NCBI GenBank assembly: GCA_964016885.1
Contig: OZ024741.1
Span: 300,452,001 to 300,516,000 of the forward strand
Reading direction: 5' to 3'
Source of the DNA: Eledone cirrhosa
Lineage: Eukaryota
DNA length: 64,000 nt
Below the pieces are notes generated by a model that was not told the origin of the DNA, did no database searches, and saw nothing but the letters and a program-made list of their open reading frames with translations. Position numbers and translations under genes: made by a program. Positions 26,990 through 42,243 of this stretch are shown here, in pieces (position 1 is the first letter of the stretch; each line of letters begins with the position of its first letter).

Positions 26990-28388
26990 ACACACACAGA
27001 CCCGGCTGTCAGATTGGAGAAGGCCTCTCACCCGAGGACCGCAAGGGAGACGCGCTGGAAAAGCCACTCCAACTCACGGGGCTCACACCTGCGGTTAGCC
27101 AACTCAGCGCCGATGGTGGTGAGTAGGGAGGTAGGCCTAGGGCCAAGAAAACCAGAATTTCCACTGCCAGGGGTACTACCGCAAACCTGTCGGTATTTGA
27201 GGAGTTTAGCCTCCTCAGCGCGACGTGCAGCAGAACGCGGTTTAGTCGCAGACTGCACCAGTTTGCGGCTGCAGAAAGTGTCGGTGCAAGTGGCATCCCA
27301 GACGAGGGGTTTGCAACCGCGGAACGGGAAGATGGTCATGCCACTGGACTTTTGCCGTTCCCTCGGTCCAGCCCCACCAGCTCGAGCTGGGGAGGGAAGC
27401 CTGCAGTGTCCAAGCCATGCTTTATGACCTCTTTGAGGGCAGCATGGCGTGGAAGGCGGCCGGCACTGTGGCGACATGAAAGCCGGTGGAGGCCGAAAGG
27501 GTCCACAGTGGATCTGCAGTGACATTGGTGTGGCTCGCAGATCCGGAGGCCGCGACTCAAGGAAACGCCGATGCGCAGGCTATTGTTGTCAAGCTGCGTG
27601 CCAGTAGTGAAGGAGGGCAGGGCATGGGGCCAGGCACCATTGTGGGGTTTGTAGGCCGCACGAAAACAGGCAAGGCGGTGCTGGTCGAGCTGGCGCATGA
27701 GCCTGTCTGAGGCCAGGCTGCACTGGATGGCATCCCAAGTGCTTGGGGGGGCTTGACGTCAACAGGGAGAGAAGGATGAAGGAAGTCTACTGGGCTAAGT
27801 CCCAGCCGGTCTCACGTCTCACAGGCGGCCTCACGCTCTCTGAACACGGAGGTTTCTATTGTGTTTTGAAGAACCCTGCTGACGAGGACGCGGCACGAGG
27901 TTACCAACGAAAGATACGCCGGCAAAGCCAGTGAGATCGTGGACCGGATGCCAAGGCCGCCATACCTGACAGGTAAAGTGGCCTGTTGCCATCCAATGTC
28001 GTCAAACTTGACGTTGCATACCTCCTCGGCTGCTTCTCGGATACAAGTATCGAGGTCAGTGAGGAGAGATGTTTGGGTGTAGCACAGAGCGCTGCGAAGG
28101 GTATAGAGGAGCTTCGGCATAGCGAAGCAGTTCCTCAACAGAAAGAGGGCTGGGTGGCCGTCGATCATACCCAGTCAGCTCGTGACAGTCTGGAATTGTT
28201 GAAGCCTGGAACTGATGGTGGTGCGAATAGCCGACGGGTGGATCGGTGACCCGAGGATGAGGAAATCATCTTTGGGGGTCACCTGTACCTGGTGGAGAAT
28301 GGACCGCCCGTCCGAGACGTAGGCTGCAAAGTTCTCAGCATCGTGGCTGACATTCACCACCCCCGACTTTGCCGACTTGACCTGGAAA
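26990..28388 (-). mobile_element. CRE-clade non-LTR retrotransposon, 3' half
   Basis: WQQATLPVRYGGLG, GAWPHALP, GLHRLSC..GRLPRH, LVWDATCTDTFC and LFQRVSLAV: RT thumb, CCHC and restriction-like endonuclease regions; GC-rich. Confidence 0.85.
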
Positions 28389-28394
28389 CTGAAT

Positions 28395-28900
28395 TCAATA
28401 CAAAACATAACATAGCAAAAGACATGGCCCGAAAAACAAGAGAATATAGCTTTCTAATTGAATATTTCCACGTCCAGAAATATACAAGTTCAGTCGACTA
28501 AGAATATAAAATCACTTCACCATAGAATGGGGCAAATGCTAGAGGGAAACCTGGATTCGAATACTAACCTTATTTGGTTAATCAAATAAATGAAAGTGCT
28601 TATATGGAAAATAAATAAAAGGGATATGAAGTAGCCAACTACAGGCCTATTTCTTGGCTTCCAATAATATTGAGACTACTGATCAAGACTATCTCCGGCG
28701 AAATCTACTAATATTGGTATACCAATAAATTGCCAAGAGAAGAAGAAACGATTAGCTTGAACAAAAGAAGGAACAGAAATCAACTCCAACTGCATAATGA
28801 ATAATTCGAAACCGAAATGAAGACCGGTAGGCTTAGCTATGTGACGTGACGGATTGACTGAAAATGCTTTTGATATAGTCTAGCCTCACTGGTACATATT
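28395..28900 (+). mobile_element. Decayed R4/Dong-type RT fragment
   Basis: ANYRPISWLPIILRLL at ~28634, matching NYRPITCLP in the intact copies. Confidence 0.6.
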
Positions 28901-28959
28901 CAAGCATACTATTATTTTCTTTTTCATTATCATCAGTATCATCATCATATTTATTTTGC

Positions 28960-29490
28960 GCATTATCACTACATATTGCCGCACGCAACTCTGTGTGTGA
29001 CTTGGACATGTGCAGTGTGGTTTCTGTGGTATTGGTTCTGTTGTATTGAGAGTACTCTTCTTAATATGTGTGGAGAGCCTAGAAGTGTTATTTTGTGAAT
29101 GTTGTATATATTAAGTCCTGAGGTTGTTTATGTATCTATCTGTGCGTTTTTTTTTTATCCCCAGAGCACTTATTATTAGAGTTATTGTTTCTGTCTTCAT
29201 CATCCACATTCGGGTTATTTCTATCTCTAGATATTTGTATAGTTTCTCCATTTTATTATTAAATATATTGTCGTCAGTTGAGATTGACTTTGATCTCCCT
29301 GTCAATGTGTATTGGCATATCCCAGAGAATAGTTGCTTTCTGATGCTTTTTCTGATATATGTTTGTAACATCTGTTGTCTGTTAGCATTTCATAATGTTC
29401 ACATAATTTCCAATGTATATAGATTCCTACTCTATCATGTCTCTAGATTTATTCCAGTATGGCTAAGACTGGGCAACCAGAGATAATATA
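28960..29490 (-). mobile_element. Decayed R4/Dong-type RLE 3' end
   Basis: KMEKLYKYLEIEITRMWMMKTETITLIISALG, similar to the C-terminus of 52681-53688. Confidence 0.75.
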
Positions 29491-29539
29491 GTAAATTTCT
29501 TATTCTTATTATCAATTGTTTTATTAATATTATTATACT

Positions 29540-30257
29540 TGGAGTCTCAGTCATTTATGCTATTTAAATTGGAAAGTGTGTTCAAATGAACATCAAGATG
29601 CTACCTGCAGCCTCAGATATTCAGGGTGAATCGGAGGGTTCTTGGTGTTTCTGGCAAGCATGCCTTTTGAAGTGTTCCAAAAGACGGGGGCTGGTCTAAT
29701 GTTCTTTAACCATACTTGAACATTCTTTGGCACAGTACCTAGTGCTTCTTTGACAATTTGGACGACTTTGATCTCATGACAGTCCAAAATCCTTTTTAAC
29801 TCCAACTTTATATCTCAGTATCGGTTAATTTTCTCCTTCTCCTTTTCTTGCACTCTTGTGTCAAAGGGGCAGGCTACATCTACAATCAGGCACGATCTTT
29901 CTTCCTTGTCCAAATCCACCAGGTCAGGCCTATAGTGTTCTAATTTCTTGTCTGTCAGTATCCTGAAATCCCACAGCACCTTCACTTGATTGTTTTCTAT
30001 CACCGTATCTGGCTTATGTTCATGCCACTCCTCAGAATTTGATAACTTTAGTTTGAATGAATACCGGTGAATCACCTTTCCTATCTTATTATGCCTACAG
30101 CCTTTATATTGAGTCTGGTCTAGGTGTTTACATTCTCATACGATGTGAGCCACAGTCGCCCCCCCCCCTCTCTCTCTTTCTCTCTCTCTCTCCACAGATT
30201 CTACAGAGTGAGATAGCCTCCTCCTTGTCAATATGGTAGCCAGCCTCATCCTCCTCC
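29540..30257 (-). mobile_element. 5'-truncated, diverged copy of the 55-kb R4/Dong family
   Basis: LCRICGERE, VLWDFRILTDKKLEHYRPDLV..CLIVDVACPFD; same 3' UTR; flanked by (TTA)/(TTG)/(TGA) runs. Confidence 0.9.
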
Positions 30258-30278
30258 TTATTATTATTATTATTGTTT

Positions 30279-30378
<100 letters not shown>

Positions 30379-30499
30379 GGATGATGATGATGATACGTAA
30401 AAGTGCACTGAGGCTAGGCCATTTCAAATTTGTTTCTTGAAGGTGAACAGTTGTAGACCCGGGTCAAGCTAAAACTGAGAGGGAGCACTTGGAAACTGT

Positions 30500-31372
30500 A
30501 ATGTCTTCAAGTGCACGCAGCCTTAACAATTCTATCAGTCGAAAAATATGTCTTGGCGTTCTATTGAGGTTTAGTGGCTAGTAAAAGTGACGACGTTCTT
30601 TCGGAGACTCAGGGTGTCGACAAAAATCAACTAGCGAATCTTTTCCGATAACGTTTTATTCAGGTACCTTAAATAACTTTCTGGCCTTGCAGTGCTGCCA
30701 GGGAGCACCACCGGTTCGATACAAATCTACAGGCACGTACTTGCTATCGAACGGATCTGTCCGAGATGCACACACAGCGACGCAACCGTTCTACACGCAC
30801 CTCAACAACCAGGAGATTGCTGACTATTATCTGGTGTGGAATAATCTGTTTATTGGCCGACTCCATCGTTAGATCACCCTGCTACCTATCTTTGGCCGGA
30901 AAGGGCATCACCTTTCTTCTGCCTCGTGGCTGTGGTGGAAAAGGTTGTTTGGTGGGTATGACGGAAAATACTGAAGTTAGACTCTTTCTTCTGCGGCCAA
31001 GCCATCATCGATTCTTCAAGTTCCACTTGACTAAGAAGGTGAGGGTGGAGATGGAAGGCCTGCATGCCAGTTCATTTGTTAAAAGGAGGGTCAATGTAGT
31101 GCGGATGGTCCAACTACTCTGCGTGTGCGTTTGTGTTATAGAAAATTCAGAGAGGAAAAGTGCCTTCCTTGTGTACTCTTGGCGATTATGGTAGATTCCT
31201 AAGCCATCCCTGCGCATTGATTCCCTTATTGGGTAATTCTGTTGTCTTAATTCATTACTATTTTGTTAACTGTTTTCTTTCTTGACAACAGTTAACTAAA
31301 TGTAAATCCCCGCTGTCCTTGTCCATTTGTATTGCCCCTTGTTTTTCGTCCCTACTGTCCAAAAAACATCAC
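30500..31372 (+). mobile_element. Decayed L1/Tx1-type 3' end
   Basis: QCCQGAPPVRYK and FFKFHL..KVRVE match 58570-59400 (-); similar 3' UTR and (TTA)n tail at 31373-31395. Confidence 0.75.
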
Positions 31373-31394
31373 TATTATTATTATTATTATTATT

Positions 31395-31730
31395 AATCCA
31401 GATACTGCTGTTGTTGATGGTGGGGGTGTAGATGCAAGAACTGCATTTGTTACAATAAATTCATTGTTGTTAGAATGTTTTTATTAGAAGTAGAGGCGAT
31501 GGATCATATTTTAAATTCTAATAGCAATAATAAAACTCTTAACTGGAAGTCACGCTACATGTAAAATTTTTATGGCAGGATTTGTCGGTACAACGGGGAT
31601 TAAGTGGACAAACAAAACTATGTGATTTGTTTCCAGAATTACTAACAAATGAATTTGAAATAAGGAATATATTTGAATCTTAATGATCACTATTTTGTGT
31701 AAGCTATTTATCATTTCTGAAATCGTTGAT
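31395..31730 (-). pseudogene. Decayed GAIN-like segment truncated by the L1-type insertion
   Basis: EMINSLHKI ... HVA*LPVKSF ... EFIVTNAVLASTPPPSTTAVSGL, resembling 'VNSxVxxAS...VSGL'. Confidence 0.3.
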
Positions 31731-32018
31731 ATGTAAAAATGTATATATATATGTATGTACATATATATACATACATACATATATATATAATTTTTTATAT
31801 ATATATTTGTTTTGTAAGCTTTTTGATATGAAATCGTGTGTCGAAACAAATATTGTCATACTTGGGGAGGGTCATATTTTTATAATATTGCCAGAAATAA
31901 TAACAGAACACACTTGCTGTTTGGTTTGGGTTGGTTTTCACTTCTGTATCTTTTATATCTCCCTAGTTAATTTATTTGGTAAACAATGTTTATCATTGGT
32001 CGACCAACGGTTAGAAAT

Positions 32019-32072
<54 letters not shown>

Positions 32073-32075
<3 letters not shown>

Positions 32076-32400
32076 TAAGTATGTTTTGAAACAGTGAGCG
32101 AGTTTGAAATTAGAAATATAAGCACTTACTGTATTTTTGACTAAATATACTTTTAGCCTGATAGTGGGGTTTAGAAACCTCAGAGAAATGGAAAAAGATG
32201 AGTATTAATAATTTGAATGGAAGGAGATGGGTGATGTGTTGGTGTAATGGTAGCTTGGTGGTCTGGATAATCCAAGATGTGGGTTCGACTCCCATGTACG
32301 TCAATACTCATCTTTTTCCATTTCTCTGAGGGTTCTAAACACTACTATCAGGCTAAAAAATTCTTTAGTTAAAATTACGGTGAAAGCTTATATTTCTAAT
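32073..32400. mobile_element. Fold-back family T copy with a tRNA-like head in the loop
   Basis: Arms 32109-32208 and 32303-32400; TA runs on both sides. Confidence 0.85.
32233..32303 (+). pseudogene. tRNA-like sequence (SINE head or tRNA pseudogene), isotype unclear
   Basis: 71 nt; acceptor GAUGUGU/GUACGUC plus A; A-box TGGTGTAATGG; T-arm GUGGG-UUCGACU-CCCAU; D and anticodon stems broken; TTTTT ~9 nt downstream. Confidence 0.75.
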
Positions 32401-32438
32401 ATATATATATAGTAATGGGAGGAAACATAATAGTACCA

Positions 32439-32475
32439 CTGATGATGTCGCAGTTGTGTGACGAAAGAATTTTGA
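32439..32475 (+). ncRNA. Hammerhead ribozyme core (family H)
   Basis: CUGAUGA-U-GUCGCA-guug-UGUGAC-GAAA-GAAUUUU; stem II homologous to the 6090-6123 core; stems I and III weak. Confidence 0.65.
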
Positions 32476-32665
32476 TTATATATTTATAGCTATATTTTTA
32501 ACCGTTGGTCAATCAATGATAAACATTGATCGCCAAATAAATTATGGAGATATAAAGGCGAATACAGAGGCGAATACAGAGGCGAAAACCAACCCAAACC
32601 AAACAGTGAGTGTGTTCTGTTATTATTTCTGGGAATATTATAACAATATGACCCTCCCCAAGTAT

Positions 32666-32737
<72 letters not shown>

Positions 32738-33013
32738 GGTATATATTCGCTATTCACTTCCACCACTCAACGCCATATTAGTTCCTAAGAACGGAGAATA
32801 TTAATAAAGTAATAAAGATGAAAATGCGAAGTTGAAGACGTTAGATTCCTTTACTAATTGAACCGTTATATATATTTCAATGACGATAAACATCGTGAAC
32901 TCTCCAGACAACAAAAATTGATTAAAAGGTAACATTTCTGAGGTAATTGTAATTTCATGTGGAGGGGAGCGAACTAAAAAATTGTGTTAACCCTCTGGTT
33001 GTCCGTATATATG

Positions 33014-33130
<117 letters not shown>

Positions 33131-33162
33131 TTATATATATATATATTTATATATATATATAT

Positions 33163-33444
33163 ACAAGCAAATTATAAATGTAAACATGTAGGTATGTTTT
33201 TGAAACGGTGCGCGAGTTTGAAAATTATAAATTATAAATTATAAATTATAAACTTTCACCGTATTTTAGACTAAAGAAATTTCTAGCCTGATAGTGGGGT
33301 TTATATCCCTCGGAGAAATGGAAAAAGATGAGTGTTGCCGTACATGTACGGCAACACTCATCTTTTTCCATTTCTCCGAGGGATATAAACTCCACTATCA
33401 GGCTAGAAATTTCTTTGGTCTAAAATACGGTGAAAGCTTATAAT
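33163..33444. mobile_element. Fold-back family T copy: loopless ~100-bp-arm palindrome
   Basis: Centre gccgtaca|tgtacggc at 33344/33345; few mismatches; (TA)n on both sides. Confidence 0.9.
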
Positions 33445-33509
33445 ATATATATATATTTATATATATATATTTATATATATATATGTATATATATTTATAT
33501 ATATATATT

Positions 33510-33760
<251 letters not shown>

Positions 33761-34682
33761 GAAATTGATTGACATATATATATATATCTAAAATAAACAC
33801 ATGATACCATCACAGGAGATAATTTGTAAAGTGTGTAAGCAAACACAGCTAGGTAGGTAACTAATTTTAAAAGGTACCTTTTAACATGATTAATCTTCCT
33901 TGTATATATTTCATTAAAGAAATATATTTCACCATTAATCCGTAAACTCACAGTGGTCAAATTCGAATTTTCAACAAGAGAGAAGATTTAACTATCTGTG
34001 TTTACAGAGCAAATGCAAATCTGCGAATGACCCGTCGCACGTGTTGCATTTTTAAAACTACACACATCGTACCAACTACACACATCGCACCATTTGTATA
34101 TCTAGCGACATAGGGTATGTTAATAAATAGGCAATTTGAAAGCCCTCATATATGAATTTGGAAACTGTTGGCGTAGCGCCATCTAGCGATTTCCAGCTGA
34201 AGCTAGCGTGCTTCCTTTGTATATATATATATGTGTGTGAATATTCACATATTTGTAAGAGTGTATATGAGCCAGTGTGTGTGTGTGTACAAACACCCCT
34301 GTAGGGAAAGGGCTTGTTTGTGTATATATATGTGTGTTTTTGAGCGAGTGTGTATCTGTGCGTGTATATATGTATATATGTGTATGTGCGTGGGTGGAAG
34401 GGGGGATATGGGGGGGGGGTATATATATATTTATGTACGTGTTTGTGTGTACGGGTTTATATGCGCGTATGCATGTGTATGCACACACGTGTGTGTGTAT
34501 GTTGATGTATATAGGCATGTGGGCATGTGTCTGTGTATGTACGTGCCGTGCCTCTTTGGATGCATGTATGCGTATGTTTATATGTTCTCCTTAAATGTGT
34601 GTGTATAGCGGGAGTCTATGCGTACGACTGTCGTTATCTATGTGATTGTGTGTGTGTGTGTCTGTGAGTGCACGCGTAGGTG

Positions 34683-34992
34683 TGTAAACTACCAAACACA
34701 CCAGTAATTTAATTTATTGAAGTGTAGCAGACATGGGACGGACAAAACCCTGATGGTCAGCGGTCTGGTACCTGTGATCAGAATTATGATGACGTAGACA
34801 TCCACCGGCCAATCACAGAACACGCGAAGAGGATGAAGTTTTTGACGGTACTGGCCCAAAGGGTCAGATACCCCAGTGAGAGAATATCCTCCGAAATCAT
34901 TAGACGTTTCCGTCGAACCTGCAGGTCCACAATCAGACAGATCCTCACAATGATCACGTCTCGAGGTGTCCGCCGGCGAAACAATTGTAACA
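34683..34992 (-). mobile_element. Possible solo LTR
   Basis: ~310-bp GC-richer island with TGT...ACA ends and a minus-strand AATAAA near 34712; no target-site duplication seen. Confidence 0.3.
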
Positions 34993-35113
34993 CACAATAA
35001 ATTAAGTTCAGATGCATCACTGATTTTTCGTTTTCTATTATATCATACTCTGCTCTGTAAGAGCATAGAGTGCTCAACAGCATACCGCCTATGGAAGCAT
35101 CTTAGCTACCACA

Positions 35114-35180
<67 letters not shown>

Positions 35181-36103
35181 GTATTCGTGATTGCATTTGC
35201 TTGCATATATGTAATTCTGTCTCCGTGCTCTGGACAAAATCACTTGAAAAAACCCAATTTCTTATATTCTAGCACAAACACATTTCTACAGTTATTTATT
35301 TATTTTTATTTAATAAAAATATTGGAAAATTGCTTTGTATGAAACCTTGAAAATAAATAACAATATAAGACTAATGAAATTAAACTTTTCATTTACTTAA
35401 AATCAACATTGGCAACCTTTCAAATATGTGTCACAATATTTGCCAAATTCAAGTAAATATTTTGATTTTCAACAACCCTTGAACTTCTTATGTAGAAATG
35501 TTAATAACATCTTCGTAACTGTGAAACCGTAAAGAGACAAATTTCATTATCCCTAATTAGTTGACAAGATTTTCGGTTTTAGATATAATTCATTTGATGT
35601 TTATTTTAGTTTGTGGTTGGTTAGTCTCAGGTCAAACCTGATCGAGCGGCTCTATGATCAAAGGCATTTTAGTCGTAACAATCTTATTTTCTTAACTCCT
35701 CTAGGTTATCAAACTAGACTAAATTTTACAAGCTACTTTTTCAGTTTTAAAACTGAAAATTAAAGATTGTTAACTTTAAACCTAGAATACTATAACAACG
35801 GATCGCGTAGAGGATTATCGGTGGCTTGTAATGCACTTTTACTAGAACCAGAAAATGCATTTACGTATCTTGTTGAAGAGCTAATGCAGTATAGATAAGA
35901 ACAATTTCAGATGGTTTTAACATTGAATCCATACAAGTAAATCCTTAATGAATTTCTCAGAGAATATGTTTTTAAGAAACCCAAAACTTAAATTAAGAGT
36001 GCTCCTCGTATTGGTGTTAGCTAAGATGTGGTCTGATATGATTTATGCTGATTTATGAGGCTAAAAAAATTATATGACAATTATCTCATCTTTATTATAT
36101 TTG

Positions 36104-36409
36104 AAAGAAGATATTTTTACATATATTTACATGTCTGTAGTTAGAGTTGACAATGATGAGACAGATTCCTGGGAGTGTTGCAACCATTGTAGATATTTTC
36201 ACTTTACTGACAATGTTTTGGAGTAATCGAATTTATATCATTTCAAATTATAATACCAAAATAACTTACTTTGAATGAACATGAATATGTTAATATGATA
36301 TATTGTTTTGATATAGAGGCAGAGGAAAACCCAGCAACACTCCCAGGAATCTGGCTCATTATTGTCAAATCTAACTCCTGACGCATAAATATATCATAAT
36401 ATCTTCTTT
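36104..36409. repeat. Diverged inverted repeat (~78-bp arms)
   Basis: cagattcctgggagtgttgc versus gcaacactcccaggaatctg, with homology extending to aaagaagatat/atatcttcttt. Confidence 0.8.
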
Positions 36410-37599
36410 TAAATATGTATGAAATGTAAAGCGGGTGATTCTGATTTTATTCCCACATCATAAAGAAAATAAATTATATAATGTTTTCATAATTTATAAT
36501 ATAAATAATAATAAAAAGCGTAAGAAGGGCAGATCTGGCTATATATGTAAGTAAAGGAAAGGAATATAAATGCTATAAATGAGAACAAAATGAGGGAAGA
36601 GAAAGTATATTAATCAAGGGAAGAAATAGAGGGGGAAGAGAATAGGGTGACAGGCTTTATGCCTACGTCGGGGCGGTGTTTAAAGGCAATAATCATGGAG
36701 TAAATTTGGATCAACCTTTTAAATAGAAATCATGATGATATAAGGATTTAACGTAATGATACGATAGATACACAATGATGCCTATTAACATGTGTGATGT
36801 GTGATAGTCCCGTAACTCCTGATGAAGTGGTAGGGGTCTCGCAGTGGCATACGGCGTTTCTTGGTCATTTTAAGCCTAGCGGAGCCCATCCCTCTCCAGG
36901 TCTGAACACGCAGATTTCTTCCAGAGAAAGATAGAGTATGAGAAAGAGGTAAAAAGGAAGAACCCACCCGATTACTATACTGGTAGCTATTGACATGAAT
37001 CGATCCAGAATACGGCAGTTTTCAAATACAATTTATGTATATCACATAACTATATTTACTTTTCCACATATAAACAATTATGGCCCTGCGATTTGAAATT
37101 CAGAAACAAAACATTATACATGAGATATGATAAATTGCTCTTTTGATGTTTCAGTCATTGTATATAAGACAACACCAGTATATATTCGATTCTTTTTAAA
37201 TGTGGTGGTGGTGTGATCTCCATTAGTGTAGTATTTTATTGTATGGGTTCAATTTAAATTTTAATTCAATTTATACGTAATGCGTCAATTTAATAGAACA
37301 CAAACTCTCACTCTTTTGTCAAGAACACATACGTCCAACTCTTTACAAATATGTAGCCAGCGCAGATTTATTTAACTGTACATGTAATATCATTTCAGGT
37401 GAAGGGGATGTGTTCCGATAGTCGTGATCTTGTGCACTCTATAAAGATGAGTGCCATTGGGTTGATGCTCATTTGTGATGTTATGATGGTGATGCTGATA
37501 TTAGATTAATATGTGTTGTATGCAGGTGCTATTTAGAAAATGTAAAACCCGTTATAAAAGTGAAGGTTTGAATGCGGATAAGTGTCATATAAGTTATAA

Positions 37600-38460
37600 C
37601 ATAGATTTAACCTCGCCTTCATACACTCTGAGTACCAATAGACCCGTTAACTGAGATACACTCAGCTCTAATTGAAAATGAATTGCAGTTTTATTGGCAG
37701 TGTATTCAACGAGAAAATTGGAATAGTCAAACTCCAAAGTATTCTCGTACTCGCAAAGGCAATGAATTTATACAGAAGACAATTTTAGTTTCATGTTAGT
37801 GGAAACTAATACCAATAGTATATTATGTTTGACCAACTGCATATATCATGTGACCAGACAATTCGAAATTATCTTGTTTTTTTTTTCTCAGCAAATTCTA
37901 TATCACCTCAATAGAATTCATGATCATACGTTCAGAAATACCCGACGATTTAGAGTTGTATTTCTGGGAGAAATATATAATTGGAACCTGGTTGAAGTTA
38001 CATATTCTGTATACACCTGCAATTTACTAGAATTGACATATCCTGTCTTGTAATATGAAGGCAATATGGTCTAGAGATTAAAACATATCAAAGAAAGAGG
38101 AATTTGAATACTGCCTTTTAGTAAACCAAAATTGATGTTGATTGCCATGATCACGGTAAAAGTAAATTAAATATCACCCATAGGAAAGCACTCTATATCA
38201 ATGTTTAGAAAAGGGAATTCACAAAATGATATGCTTATTTTCTTTCTCATAATTGGAAGATGATATTCACATAAGCTCCAATGTTTTCAAATTTATATTT
38301 GCTAAATTATCGGCTATTGGTATTTCATCTGTTTTATTACAGATAATATACAATATTTCTTCATATCATATTCATAGGCTTTTCAACTTTCTCGGCGCTA
38401 TTAGTAGGGAGGAGTGGCTTAAACCAGCAATCAAAACAGGAATGGCTTCTTTTAACCATA
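37600..38460 (-). pseudogene. Decayed GAIN/GPS-like segment
   Basis: EEILYII..NINLKTLEL, GSIQIPLSL, IVWSHDICSWSN and IHCLCE in GAIN-to-GPS order, with stops and frameshifts. Confidence 0.3.
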
Positions 38461-38528
38461 TATAAGAAGATCATAAAAAAGGATTTATCAAAATCTGCAT
38501 ATATCTTGAAGGAAGTACATATATTTAT

Positions 38529-39297
<769 letters not shown>

Positions 39298-39783
39298 TGT
39301 TTCATCAGCTTAATGATATAAATATGGAATATATATAAAATGAAAGAACATTGAAAAATGACGCATGGCAATTCCATGCCCTAGTTCTAACATGTAATAT
39401 GCAATTATTATAAGACAATTTTGGTATCAATATAAATGCATCTGCAGTGCAGTGGTGGGATGACATGCGTCCTAAACATAAACGTACAATAAATGGAAAT
39501 GTCATTTAAATGACTGAATTAAAAAGTTGGTAGAACACATATATGGCTTCAGTGAATTAGTGAATATAGAAAGCTGCCGAATGCGATCGATTTGTACTAA
39601 TAATTAAACAAAAAGAAGAAAATATGGAAATTAAAAGCGCTTATATGAGATGGATGGGGGAGAGAAAATATATGAATGTGCTAAATGCGGCTATTAAAAT
39701 ACCTGTGTGGGATTAATTTAAAAATGAAATGAATAAATTCTCAGAGGTTTTAGTCAATGTAATGACATATGTATATTATGTAT

Positions 39784-40095
39784 TTAATAAGAATACAGAC
39801 ATTTTAAAGCTGTGAAATTACACTGAGCTTCTTTGAAATTTTCTCTAGATGCATGAGGCCTCTGATGAGCATTAATGTTATCATCAAAGAGAGAAACAGA
39901 GTAATAAACGTCTAATAATGTTGTTAGTTTCATAAGTTTTATTAGTAACAGACATAACTGGCAACCAGCGTTTATATTGCTATTCCGTTGCAAGTTATAC
40001 GAAACGTAGTAAATATATGTAAAGAAGACAAATGAGATGGAAAATCCAACAATACGTATATGAATAATATGCTCTTTAGGATATTGAGAATTCAT
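39784..40095 (-). pseudogene. Decayed adhesion-class TM1-TM2-like segment
   Basis: IHIRIVGFSISFVFFTYIYYV..NLQR..INAGCQLCLLL resembles 'ITYVGCSIS...LR....I..NLCxxL'. Confidence 0.4.
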
Positions 40096-40437
40096 TACTA
40101 TTTCTTTGCAAGAATGAAGGAAATAATGAAAACTCGAATTTCTATATTATTTCTAAAGAAAATAATTTAGCATAAAAACAACGTTTGAATCTGTTGGAAA
40201 TACATGAGCTTTCTCGTTGACACGGCAAAACAGAGCTTTGTAGTGTGTTGATTTGAAATTTATGAATATTAATTCGTTCCGGTACGATTGATGTCAAAGG
40301 CAATATGATTCCTTTTATGTATTATTTGGTACGTCTATTACGTATGTTCATGAAGTAAAAGTATCCTGAGCGCAAATGGATATTTCACGGACACACTCCC
40401 ACACACATACAAACACACATACACACACACATACTCA

Positions 40438-40517
<80 letters not shown>

Positions 40518-42243
40518 CTATCCCTGCCGCATATACAATATGGATCAAAATCACGTTGACACTCCATGCACAGACGCAAACAGAATCGTGTTATCTTCGT
40601 GATGAGAAATTAGGGATATGGTTCTGACTAACACACACACATAGATACATACAGAGAAACACACACACAGGCGCACACAATTATGCGTTCATAAACATTA
40701 TATAATCCTCTATCTTTTGTAGACGCACACACATACCGACACACAAACTTATACACTGAAACGCGCATTTATACATGCACACATGTATTGACTTTTGACA
40801 ATAGAAGCACGGACTTAAGATAGCTTGTACTTACTCGGATGACCTTCATCATTAACATATAAACCAAACTACCACCGGCTGTAATATGTGGATGGCATAT
40901 TAGTGCAGAACCCCTTGGTCAAGTCGCCTTATGTTCCCAGCGAGAATAATACAGAAAGCGTCACCCCAGCAGATAGCCGGTGAAACGCGTTGAAATAACC
41001 ATTACACCTCCTGTGGGTACCCAACTCCGCAGCGATAGCATAGAAATGTACAATATATAAATATTCTATATCAGACACATATTTCAACATACCGTATATA
41101 TATATAAACATTGATTATAAAAGGAATACTGAACATAAGCGTATTGATACACATAATAGAAAAGGAATCTTATTTTGATAAACACGGTAACCATGAAAAC
41201 ATCGCCTCATACATACATGTGTTATCAAGTAATTTCAGTAAATATTTTAATTGAAACAATTTCTGTTCAGTAAAATTAAAAAGAACAATCGACACCTCCG
41301 GTTTACCGCCACTACTGGGCAATATTAGTCATCTGGGCGGTAAAGGATTTCGCATGCAAGGTGCTGTGAAAAACCATCCGTTAGAATATGTGTCCCGACC
41401 AGACCATTGCTATATTGAAAAGAGCATCGGAGGAGATGCTTAGCTGTGTTGTTCCGATTTGTTGCGCTCTACGTTATAGAGCGGCAGACTTATTCCGTCA
41501 CCCGGATTAACACCATCGCCAGGTCTGTAGGAAATTGTAGTGGAGTTCTCTTATATGCAAGATCCGATTCTGGTCGCAGTCTGAGATAACTTTTATTTTA
41601 CCCGTCACAGAAAGCGTTGCCCATCTCATTCTGAATAAACAATAAAATAAATGTATATGTGTATCTAGACATACGAACGCCCACAGACACACACAAACAG
41701 AAAATGAGATGTTAACAGACATACATGGATACACAAACAGACACGCGGACACCATCCATGGTGACTTTTGTATATTCACAGTTTAAGGTGAATGATACTT
41801 TTTTCGTTGTAGGTTGAAGTCAATTGTGACAAACAAACAAAAAAAGCCAATAACATGAATTTGATTTTTTATTTTTATTTCTTCACTTTAAACATATGCC
41901 GTAGCCCTGAGTAGTACAAAAATCCATATATATGAGAGTAATGATGCTTTTAATATTCATAGCGTGCTCTATCATGACTGCTACGAATAACAGTGAAAAT
42001 AATCATTGTTTTTAATATTCATAGTGAGAATAAAATAAGTATTTATATATAAGATTTTACATTATGATTCAATATACAACCCGGCTCATATATATATATA
42101 TATACACAGAGGTATCCACCGTAAGTTGTGGGGTCTATTCTGTATGAAGAACTCAGTGTAATCCATATGTTGAAAATGTTGTAGGTTAAGATAAATCTCA
42201 GAAAACAATAAAACATTAAAAGGGAAACAGAGTCATGATATAA

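Larger units (their letters stand above)
31851..32672. mobile_element. Fold-back family H copy 2, with a nested family-T element
   Basis: Arms ~31851-32018 and 32492-32672; hammerhead core adjacent to the right arm; followed by (TA)n. Confidence 0.85.

Noticed and set aside
31820-31858. Hammerhead-like GAAACAAAUAUUGUC
   Set aside because: No CUGANGA upstream, and it straddles the family H junction, so it is probably chance.
32158-32182. Hammerhead in family T (CUGAUAG...GAAAC)
   Set aside because: The core is CUGAUAG rather than CUGANGA and there is no stem II.
32233-32303. Functional tRNA gene
   Set aside because: D and anticodon stems do not pair properly and it lies inside a repeat; kept only as tRNA-like.
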